Assembly: GCA_013239625.1 (NCBI GenBank)
Contig: MU054338.1
Location: 2,420,977 to 2,484,976 of the forward strand
Direction: 5' to 3'
Origin: Lama guanicoe
Taxonomy: Eukaryota
DNA length: 64,000 nt
The notes beneath the pieces were generated by a model. That model saw nothing but the letters and a program-made list of their open reading frames with translations, searched no databases and was not told the DNA's origin. Of the stretch, positions 11,701-22,035 are shown piece after piece. Position numbers and translations under genes: made by a program. Numbering within the stretch: position 1 is the stretch's first letter; each line of letters opens with the position of its first letter.

Positions 11701-14325
11701 TAAAACCTGCACCATTACAGAACCACGATCAACCCCATTCCCTGGTTCTGGAACCCCCTAATCTAGAGCCAGTCAGCTCCGCCCCTTGTTCTAGCATTCT
11801 CCCCTAGCAGCCCAGGACCAGACAGAACTCTACCCGCTGGTCACAGAACTGCCCAAAGAGCAGGAAGAGGCAACTGTCCACACTTCTAAACCTCTCCTAC
11901 CGTCCAGAATCCTGGGTGGCTCCTGAGCTATGTTTCCAGAACTTCCTGTGGTTTCAAACCACAGAATTCTGCCAGGGGTTCTAGAAACCTATCTCACCCC
12001 GGGATTAGACCTTCTCACCCTGTGGTTCTAGAACTTCTTAATCATGGCAGCACTGAGAAGCTCTCCCTATGGTTCTAGAATCCCCTCAGTAATTCACAAC
12101 TGCAGATGCACCCAGTAATTCTAAGAATTATGTGAATGGTTCACAAACAAGGCTGCTTATAGTTCCAGAACCCCCCAACCCAGCCCAGAACCGCAGAAAG
12201 CCGTATCCCCATGGCTCTAAATTCCCTGAGCAACCTAGAGCCAGACAGCTCTGCCAGTGGTTCTAGAAGATTCTAACCCATCGCTATTGCTTTTTGGTTC
12301 AGAACCACAGGTATAGATCCCAGGAAATTAAACCATATCCCTGTGAACTTAAATGCCAGCCAGCTCTGCCCACTGCGCTTCATGATCTAAGCATTCCAGA
12401 ACAACAGATAAGGCTACTATGGCGTCCTAGAACTTCACCACCCACTACGGTAGCCACCAGATGCATGTGGGTATTTTGCACTTGAAATCTGGCTGGTCTG
12501 GACTGAGATGCGCTGTACCAGATGCACGATGGGTTTCGAAGCCCTCATATGAAAATAATGTAAAATAATTGTAAAATGTTGATTCTATATAGAAGTAGTA
12601 TTTTATATATACTGGGCTAATTAATATGTTATTAAGTGTTTTTTTAACGTGGATAACTAAAAAAATTCCAAGTGACATGTGGCCCAAATCATATTTCTAT
12701 CGTATAGCTCTAGAACTTTCTGATGACTCTAAAACTGGACAGCTCTGTTCAGTACAGCTCCTCATGGTTGAGAAGCAGAAATAAATTTTATTCACTCCAT
12801 GGTTCTAGGACTTCCCATCTGAGCAGAACCCGGCAGCTCTGTCCACCACTCCAAAACACCCTCGTCAGCCCGGTCACTTTAATCTAGAGCCCCAGGCAAA
12901 GTGCCAGGTTCTGGAGCTACCTGAGCGAGTCAGAGCTCCACCCATGACTCTAGAACCTCTTGGAACTAAAAGTCCAAACCTGCTCCCTTTCCCACAGCCA
13001 CAAAACTTGTTCTTTGATCTAGAGCCTCAGGTAGTTTTGGGGGGGAAAGTCTAGAACATTCCAGGTGGCCAGAACGGTTCTTCTCATGCCTTGAAGGCAG
13101 CCTGGCAAACTTTTCTGCAAAGGGCCAAACGGTCAACACTTTACAGGCTACAAGGTCTCTGTCGCAGCTCTTCAGCGCGACTGCTGTAGCAGGAAAGCTG
13201 CCATGGACAAGTGAACGGGTGGGCGCGACTCTGTCCCGATAAAACTTTGTGGACACGGACTTTTGAGCTGCCTATCATTCTCACATGTCAGGAAATATTC
13301 CTAACTGTTTTCCACCATTTAAAAATACAGAAGCAACCTTAGCTCAGAAGACATCCCAGAACAGGCTGCAGGCTGGGTTTGGCCCACGGATGGTAATGTG
13401 CTAAGCCTCGCTCTAGAATTAAGTGCTACAGTTTACCAAGCCTGCCCTACCACCCCCTACTCATTCTCGAATGTTCTCCAGACTGTCTCTGGAACCTACT
13501 CGAAACCAACTTCAGAGCCTCTCTAGAAGCAACTCTTTACTGGCAAACTGTGCCAGATTTTGGGAGCTTGAGTCAGGCTGTTGTGAAACCCCTGAGTCCC
13601 TGGGGCCAGGGTGGGCGGCACACTCACCCTCCCGGAGGGCAGGGTATGAAGCCAGGGTCTCGGAGCTCTGGAAGAAGACAGAAGAGGGGCAGGCCTGAGT
13701 CCGCCTGCTTGGCTCCCGGCAGTGGAGGCAGCCTGGAGTGTGGGGTGGGCTCTACCTGGGCAGTGGCAGGTGACTCTTCAGGAGCCACCAGAGGTACTGT
13801 CTCCAGCCAGGGTTCTGGGGAGCTGCTTGAGCTGCCACCCCGCTCGGCCGAGGCCCCCTCTGCCCACTCTGGGGGGCCAGCATCGCCCTCTGGGTCCTCA
13901 GGAGGCTGCAACAGGCGAGGAGCAGGGTCCGGAGGTTCCGTGGGGCACGACTGGGGAGGAGAGCACTCATCTTGCTGCAAAAGGCTCAGCAAATCGTCCC
14001 GGCCGGCCTCGGCGGACAAGAGCCCATGGGCATCAGTGATGTCCTGTGGGGCCAGGCCATGGCCAGTGGCAATGTGCAGGGGACACGGAGGTCCATCTGG
14101 GGACAGGCCCACCAGATCACTCGGCAGAGCTTCAAACTGTTGCACCAGGTCCTGAATATTTGGCCCGTCAAGTTCCATTTGACTTAGGCTGCCAGGGCCT
14201 CCTGGCGCTGGGTCCCACTGGCAATCAGGGGTGAGGTCCTGAGAGGCTGAAAGTGTGTCCCTGGGCTCCTCCAAGTCCATGGCTGGAGGTCCTGGAGGGA
14301 GTTGGGGGGCTGTCAAAAATTCCAT
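8705..14325 (-). CDS. APBA3: APP-binding family A member 3 (Mint3/X11gamma), 576 aa, PTB + 2 PDZ
   Basis: Coding exons 14325-13756, 13667-13628, 11307-11162, 11031-10945, 10846-10685, 10361-10182, 10064-9852, 9213-9094, 9007-8867, 8776-8705 total 1731 nt. Motifs: [15 protein letters not shown] (PTB), [16 protein letters not shown] (PDZ1), C-terminal GQEQPVYL. A non-coding exon 1 donor (GTGAGT) is likely at 14978. Confidence 0.96.
12445..12705. mobile_element. MER33/MER3-like DNA transposon remnant
   Basis: GTAGCCACCAG...CATGTGG...CACTTGAAAT start, AT-rich core, ACATGTGGC...ATATTTCTAT end. Confidence 0.6.
13095..13410. mobile_element. MER58-like DNA transposon
   Basis: GGCAAACTTTTCTGCAAAGGGCCAAACGGT...ATAAAACTTT. 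Confidence 0.6.
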
Positions 14326-14929
14326 GCCTGGACTCCTGGCTCAAGCCAGCATCTGAAAGAGAGAATAAAAGATGAGATTTCCTGGAGGCCAACTTGGTAC
14401 CAGGTTCTAGCTGGATGCTATTCATACAGGACACATAACTGAATCCCTGTCACACACTGCAAGGAAGGCTCTGTCATGATCCCCATTTCCCAGACGAGGA
14501 AACTGTGGCGCAGAATGAGAAATTGTAAGGCAGTGGCTTCCCGGGGCTCCAAATCCCAGGGGATTCCCCTGTACCTGTCACCCCAGATCTCTCCCCATTC
14601 GCAGACCCTGTTCACCCCAGGCCTGGTTCTTCCAAGTCTTCCTCCCCTGGGACGTGGATCCAGGTTGAAGACACATCTTGACGATACAGACCTGGCAGAT
14701 GTAGGTCCCCGAGACCTGGGACTCAAGACCTCGTCCAAGACTTTAGACTCAGAACTTCAGACTTAATACTAGAGCACCAAGATGCCAAAAAGCGGACCCT
14801 CATCTCAAAACTTTCAACGCCACAGTCAACATCGACCGACTCAGACAAGAACATCAGACCCAGCCTGACGACACAACTCAAGCCTAAAGCTAAGAGTTAA
14901 GACCCCAGACTTAAGACTTCAGACCCGTG

Positions 14930-16330
14930 ACCTCCGGTGCCGGCCGCTGAACCCGCTCTGCCCCGCCGGGACACTCACTTCCCAAACCGAGGTGGCCTCA
15001 ATCTGCGCGGACTCCAGGACCCCGAGCCGGGACTAGTCTGGTCCTGCCGCTCGCCCACTTTCGCCAATTCCTGGCAGGGGCGCAGGTAGATCTGTCCTCG
15101 CCCCGTTCCTGAACCACTGGGCATGCGCACGCTCGCGGGGCCTTGCCGGGAAATGTAGTTCTCCCAGCCAGCTTCCGCGCCGTGGGCCGTGGGGGGGCGG
15201 GGTGCCCTACATGTTGGGATCGTAAGTTCGAATCCCGGGTCTCCATTTACGCGGAGTGAAAGCCCGAGCGGGCCTCTGAGCCTGGTTCCTCAAGTTCAAA
15301 ATGGGGTTAAAAATCACTGCTCGTCTGCTACGGCTGTGGTCATTATTCCAAGGGACGGCAGATGGGAAGAAATGGGACTGGAGAAAAATACGGGAGGTGA
15401 AAGAGGTACTCTAGCGACTCCAGGGACCGGAAGCGGCGTGGGAACCTTTTGTACACTGACTTCCGGTGTGGCACACAGTAGGGAGGCCGAATGGCTCTCC
15501 TGGCTTAACTTTCCCTCCCTGAATTTCTGACTTCCTCAGTTGTAAACTGGGGATAGTGACAATACCTACTTCGTAATTGGGAAGATTAAACGAAATCGAG
15601 CTGGTTACGGATTTAGCGATAGACTTGGAATATAATGAGTCTAATACGTGATAGCGTTTCTTATTTTGACTTTTTCAATAATTGCTCACAGAATAGACTC
15701 AGGAGTGCATAAGGTGTGATACTTAATTGATAAGTAACTGAAGAAGGGCAAGAAGTCAATGAAACATCCTTTGGAAGTCGCCTCATACAGCAACCGAGAG
15801 TATCTGTGCAAGTTTAAAGAACTCAAAATAAATGTATGCCTAAGGCCGGAGTACTACATTTCCCATAAATCTCTAGGAGCCTACAACTCCCAAGTACCCC
15901 TTGGCCGCTGACGTATTCCGGAAACGTGCACGTGCAGGCAGCCGGCGTACGTCATGGCGGCCCGACGCCTCATCGGGGCTACCCGGAGCTGGGCCGGTTG
16001 GCGGGCCCGGGAGCTCCCGGACCCTGCCACTCCTGGGAGACTCCATGTACGAGATTATGCCAAGAGACCCGGTAAGCTGTGTTAAGAGAGAACTAGATGG
16101 GAACAGTAGGGACATAGAGGAGTGCGCAAGCGCTGGTTGGAGAGTTGCGCCTTAGAGTCAGCGCGCATGCGTTGAGGTGGACTTTAAACGGCGCAGGCGC
16201 AGTTTGAAGGACGGAAGCCGATTGGACTCAATTGCGCATGCGCCAGCGATGGTGCGGGTTAGCGCGCTTGCGCTTCACTGCGTAGCTTCCTTTTTTTTTT
16301 TCCTTCCCGGTGTAGAGACTAGGTCACGAA
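14930..16330. promoter_or_regulatory. Bidirectional CpG-rich promoter of APBA3 and MRPL54
   Basis: Head-to-head genes. ZNF143/SBS-type motifs at 15148-15160 (-), 15853-15865 and 15881-15892 (+); NRF1-type GCGCATGCG at 16163 and 16234; ETS CCGGAA at 15918. Confidence 0.8.
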
Positions 16331-17595
16331 CTTGGGTCCCAATCTCGTTTCTGCCTCCAAATCACTGTTACCTTTGGCGTGTTACCACCAGAAACTCGGG
16401 GAGTCAGTGGGCCCCACCTCAGTATTAAAACCAAAACAGGGTTATTTAAATTTTCTCTGGATGCAGCCTTGCCTGATCTCTTTCGTTGAAAGGGAGGGAA
16501 TTGGCAAACGTGAGATTTTGAAGACAGAGCAGGCAGTGGAGGCTTTCTCCGTGAGATAAACGGAAGGACTGAAAACAGAATTGAAAAGGAATAGCTTGGT
16601 CCCACTTTAAATCATTTTGAATGCAGCAGGCAGGGTCAGAAAGGGCAAAAGGGGAAAGCTGGCCTCCCGAGGGTGGGGCTGGGCTAAAATGACTCTCCCC
16701 CACCGCAGTCATTAAGGGTGGTAAAGGAGGCAAAGGCGGTGTGGTCAGTGAGGCTCTGAAAGACCCAGAAGTGTGTACAGACCCCGTCCGGCTCACCACG
16801 CACGCCATGGGTGTCAACATCTACAAGGAGGGCCAGGATGTGGTCTTGAAGCCGAACGCCGAGTACCCGGAGTGGTGAGTGTGCCAGGCCAGAGAACTGG
16901 GAGAGCCAGCGACTGGGTGAGGAGGTCCTGACTGATCAAATCTGATCACCTTGGGGAGGTGCTGCATGAGTCAACACCTGAGTGGGTGGACAGAGCTTCA
17001 GAGGTGGGTGGGAACAACCAGTGCAACGGTCTGTACCTGGTGTGTTAATGAAACAGCAGGGGCAAGGTGGAAAGTAGAGGGAGACAGCAGGAACTTGATG
17101 GAGCACAGCCCTCAGCGGGGCTGCAGGGAGAGCAGTGGCAGGACACGCAAGCCATTGGCACGTGCCATCCTTCAAGCTGGGGGAGGTTTAGTGGGTTGAG
17201 TGGGCATTCCAGGTGGGCAGTGCAGCATGGACGATGGCCAGGAGGCAGAAGGCTTGGCGTGTGCCCACCTCAGCACCACTGGGACGGGGGGAGGCCCCCC
17301 TGTTCCATAGCCAGAGACCCGACCAAGGGTGGGGAGGACTGTCCTGAGACCCTGCAGCCACTGTGGGACCCAGTCCTGCTGTTTCCTCTACCCAGGATTC
17401 CTGGGGCAGGGGAGCTGCAGGGGGCTGCTCTGCAACCCTGACTCCTGCCCACACCCTACCAGGCTGTTCCAGATGAACGTGGGTCCCCCCAAGAAGCTGG
17501 AGGAGCTGGACCCTGAGACCCGGGAGTACTGGCGGTTGCTGCGGAAACACAACATCTGGCGTCACAACCGGCTGAGCAAGAACCAGAAGTTCTAG
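15954..17595 (+). CDS. MRPL54: Mitochondrial ribosomal protein L54 (mL54), 138 aa
   Basis: Exons 15954-16071, 16709-16874, 17463-17595 total 417 nt: [16 protein letters not shown]...[16 protein letters not shown]...[27 protein letters not shown]...[48 protein letters not shown]. Confidence 0.96.
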
Positions 17596-17730
17596 CAGGG
17601 GAGGGACCGGAGCACCTTGACCCTCCAAGGACTTTTTATTTTCCAGAAAAAAACAGACTTTTCAGAGAACAAAGGAGACCCCATCACTAGGGTTCTTGGG
17701 GGGCCCCCACAGAGAGGCTGGATCAGGGTC

Positions 17731-17770
17731 CTGGGGGCCAATAAAGACTTCTGGGGGCCAATAAAGACTT
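17731..17770 (+). terminator. MRPL54 poly(A) signal inside a perfect 20-bp tandem duplication
   Basis: CTGGGGGCCAATAAAGACTT occurs twice; AATAAA at 17740-17745 and 17760-17765. Confidence 0.8.
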
Positions 17771-20282
17771 CAGGGCGACTGTTCGCAGGCCTGGGATGCT
17801 TCTGGGTATTGTCTGACACTGGGGCCAGGAGGGACCTGGGGCGGGCAGCGGGTAGGGGAGCACTTCAGACCCAGTGGTTCCATGGCCCAGCCTCCACCCC
17901 CAGTGATCAGCTGGGCTTCTGCAGGTTCATCTTTATCTCCGGTCCTCACTGGGCTTCTCACCCTGATTCTTCAAATTCCAGCACTGCCCAGGAGGCTCTG
18001 ATCTCTGTCCTCGAGGGCAGGCTTTTCTGCCAAGCCTCTCTTGGCTGCAGTGTACTCACACCTGAACCAAGTCATCCAGAGCAGAAAAGAATCTTTGTGA
18101 GCTTCAAAAGCTGAAATGTCCAGGGGTAGGTTCTGGCTTCAGGCATAGCTGGATCCAGTTGCTTCAGTATTCAGTGGTGTGGCTCTCTCCACTTCTAGGT
18201 CCTTTTAAAGTGGATAGTTCCCCTGGGCAGAGGTGGTTCCAGAACCCCTGGCTGAAACTTCCTACCCAGCGCAGCAAGCCCAGCCAGAGGGAAGGGGCTG
18301 CCCTTCCCTTCACACCGAAGTCACAGGGGTTATCTTCACTGGCCAATCTCTTGAGCCGAGGGACCTGGGTTTACCCACCATCCTCCTGTCCACCGTCACT
18401 GGTGCTGACCATTGGAGGAAGCTAGAGGACACACAGACACGGTGCCAGGGCCCCACCCCCATGCCGTGCCGTCTCCTTGGTAGGCACCTGCGTAGGGGCT
18501 GGACTAGGGCTCCTTCACCCTCCAGGCCCCTCTGTCCAAGAGCTGGACAGATGGGGGAGGGCAGGGTCCCTGGGGCTAGTTCTGCCTGGTCCTAGGAAAA
18601 TGAGAGCTTTCATCCGCTTAGGAGGACTCTGCCAGGCGGATTACCGCACACCTGCCCTCCCGGTGGCCTGCTCTGGGCAGGCGGAGTGTCCCAACCCTCC
18701 TGTGGTTCCCCATGGCTCTCAGGGTAGAAACCAAAGTTGTAATGGCCATAGGCCTCCTCGCTCTTCTCCCAACATGCCAGGCACGGTGCTGCCCCAGGGC
18801 CTTTGCATGTGCTGTGCCCTTCGCCTGGGTAGCTCTTCCCTCAGGTGCTCCCATGGCTCCCTCTTTTCATCTCCAGGTCTCTGCTCTGATGTCACCTTCG
18901 TGAGGCCTCCCCTGACTACCCTTTTAAACTGCAACCCTGCCACACACTCCTGGCAGCCCCTCCTGGTTTTATTTGCCCCCCAGCACTTACACCAGCAGGC
19001 GTTCCATGTTTTACTTGTTTACTTTTAAAATCATGCTTCTTGTCTCTCCTGGAGTGGCAGCTCCATTAGGGCAGGGGTTTTCTCTGCCTTGTTCCCGGTC
19101 GCATCCCCACTGCATACTGGATGGGTGGATAAATGGCTGGGCGGAGGGGGTGACCTGGCTGCCTCAGGGGCTGCCAGGCTCACGGGTTCATGGGTTCACG
19201 GGTTCACGTGTGAGGTGCCATCGGAAGTTCGGGATGAGCTGTGAGCCCCAGTGGGCAGGTGACCCAGGTGTGAAATTCTTGGAACCTCCCAGGGCCTGTG
19301 GTCACTCTGTGGACAGAGCCTGGAGAAGGTGGAGTGCTGCCCTGTCCACGCCCCCTTCCTGTCCTGACCTGGGCTGCCCCATCTCACTGCCAGCCCTAGG
19401 CACCAGTAATACCCCATTCCTTGTTCCCCAACAGCCTTATTCCGGCGTCCAGCTCAGGCCTGGGAGAGTGGCCATCATGCCTTCATGATCCCTGGGGAGA
19501 CACGGTTGGGTTGGACCAGGGCCCCAACCCACCATCAGTGGGCTGGGAGACATGAAGGGGGCAATGGTCAGTAGGCACATAAGCCGTACTTCGATAAATG
19601 GGGAGAGCAGGGACAGACAGTATTCACCCAGCGTCAGCCTGCCGCTACCTGAGTCCCCGATTAGCACCTGGCCTGGGTCCAGCATGGCGCCTGGGGCAAT
19701 GGAGTCAGGCAACGAGTTTGAGAGCAGCTCCACCCTGTCCTGGCTGTGTGGCCCCAGGAAACTGGCTTCACCTCTCTGGGCCTCAATTTCCTCTGCTGCA
19801 AGATGGGGCTGATGGCCGCGCCCCGTCATGGGGTAAAGCTCTGGGCACACTGGGAGCACACAGTGAAAGGAGGCGGGTTGAACAGGAGCTGCTACTGCTG
19901 GCGTTTCTCGGAGCGAGGCTCTGAGAGTCAGGGTGGCTCGGCTGTTGGAAGATTAGGAGCAGGCAGAGGGATTTAGTTTCATCAGCTCACAGAATTAACA
20001 TCCTAGTGGCTTCTGATTGCAGCCTTACAGTCTAAGAACCTCAGAATCCACGCCACCCTCACTCATTTGACAGATGGGGAGACTGAGGCCCCACAAGGGC
20101 ACAGACTCCCTGAGGCCAGGCCAGGAATGCACCCCTGGCCTGGGAATCCTTTGGCCACCTTCTTCCTGAGACTGTGTGCCAGTTCCCCTGCAAGGCAGGG
20201 GAAGGAGGTGATGGTGGGGTGGGGGACCCAATGTGGGTGGCCACAGACAGGCTGAGGTGGGAGGGCTGGGCAGGCACCAGGC

Positions 20283-21446
20283 TCAGGCTGACGGCCAGGC
20301 CCTGTCCAGAGCCTGCGCGTGCTCCTTGGCCAGCAGCCGCAGGGATGCTTCCTCCAGGGTGAAGCTGTCTGTGAAGGCTGGACCAAAGGCATGGGGCCCG
20401 AAGGACCCCTGCAGCCCCGGGCCCGGGCCCAGGAGGCACGGGAGGCCTGGCACGGCGGGGGGCGCAGGGCCCAGCCAGGGCTCCAGGGGCAGTGGCATGG
20501 CAGGAGAGCGGGCAAAGGGCAGTGCTGGGGCCTCAGGGAGCCTTGGGGCTGCCACGGTCCCGGAACCTGACTCCAGACGCTCCTGGCGGCGCCACTTGGC
20601 CCGACGGTTCTGGAACCACACCTGGGGGCAGCAAGAGAGGTGCTCCCAGCTCAGGGCTGTGGGGAGAGGTGAGCCCACTCTCCCTGTCTGGGCCCCCAGC
20701 CTCTCGGAGTTCTTCCTGCTGTCTAACCTGACTCCCACCTGTTGCAGTGCCAGCGTATCTTGTTACCTGCCTTAAGGAGATGACTGTTTTGAGAGAATGA
20801 TTGCTACCTCTTGGCCCCTATCAGATCAGCCTCGAAGACTTTTCTGAATCCAACCTCTCCTTGTCTTTCTCTTTGTCCAGGCCTCCTCAGGCCCCGTGGC
20901 CTCCTCCCTGGTCTCTCCTGGCCCTGGGCACAAAGGCTCAGCCACTGAGCTTGGCATTTGAGGCCCTTCACAAGCTCTTTCTTCACCTCCCCTTCCACCT
21001 GCCTCACACCCAGCTCTAAGGAAATGCCTCCAATTTAACCCCTCCACATCTTTGCACATACTGTTCTAGATGCCTAGAAAAATGCCCTTCCTTCTTTCTA
21101 ATTGGCAAACTCCTACTTAAACATCAAGGCCCCAGTCCCACATCCCATCTTCCAGGAAGCGTTCCCATGCACTGGGAGGGTCCATTATCTGGCACTGGCT
21201 CCCCCCCAGCTTGTTAGGGGGTATCCTCACCTGCACGCGCACCTCGGGCAGGTGCACCTTGGCTGCCAGCTCCTCGCGGCTGTAAACGTCCGGGTAGTGG
21301 GAGGCCTCGAATGCCCGCTCCAGCTGGTGCAGCTGATAGGTGGTGAAGGTCGTGCGGTTCCTCCGGTGCTTCTTCTTGGGGGTCTCCTCCCCTGGCCCCG
21401 GCCCCCCGCCCTCAGCCGCCGGCCCCTCTCCCGGGCTCAGGAACAT
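20283..21446 (-). CDS. RAX2: Retina and anterior neural fold homeobox 2, 184 aa
   Basis: Exons 21446-21231 and 20621-20283. Paired-like homeodomain [67 protein letters not shown]-like SLRLLAKEH; Kozak context GCGCCATG. Confidence 0.96.
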
Positions 21447-21904
21447 GGCGCCTCCTCGCCCCCACCTGGCGGGACTGCAGCAGGACAGATGGTGGTGAGA
21501 CAGGAGGGACTGCAGCTGGGAGGGCAGGGGAGCCCCCAGCCCCTGCTGGGTGTGGGGTGAGATGTGGAGGGGCTCCTCCCCTTGCTGGGTCCTGCGTTCA
21601 TTCTGCCTCCCTAGTCTCTCTGTCCATCTTGGATTCTCTCTCTCCGTGTCCACTTCCTTCTGTTCTGATTACTTTTCTCTGTGTCTCTGCCCCGCCACCT
21701 CTATTTCTCTTTCTCTCTGGAGCCCTCCCTGACTGCCTTTATCTCCCTTTATCTCTGTCTCTGGGTCTAGGACCCCCAGGAAGGCAGGAGCTGGGCCACT
21801 GCCCCAGGGAACACTTCCTTACTCCCAAGACATCTGCCCTAGGGGGCTCTCTGTGCCCCCAACTCCCACCCAGGCCCACCTGTGCCCACCTGCCCAGTGC
21901 TCAC

Positions 21905-22035
21905 CGCCCCCAGCAGCCCCTCCAACGGCCCCCGCGGGCTGAGCGCCGTGTCAGCTGCGGGCCTGGCCCAGCCAGACCCAAGGGGGTTGGGGCCAGGCGG
22001 TAGGGAGGATTAGCGAGGTGATTAATTGAGGTGGC
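21905..22035 (-). promoter_or_regulatory. Probable RAX2 non-coding exon 1 and proximal promoter
   Basis: Minus-strand donor GTGAG at 21904-21900; CRX/OTX2-type TAATCC at 22007-22012 and a CAATTAAT homeodomain site at 22021-22028. Confidence 0.55.

Noticed and set aside
15215..15330. tRNA-like B box GTTCGAATCCC
   Set aside because: No cloverleaf found; the downstream CTCTGAGCCT...AAAATGGGG matches a MIR SINE core.
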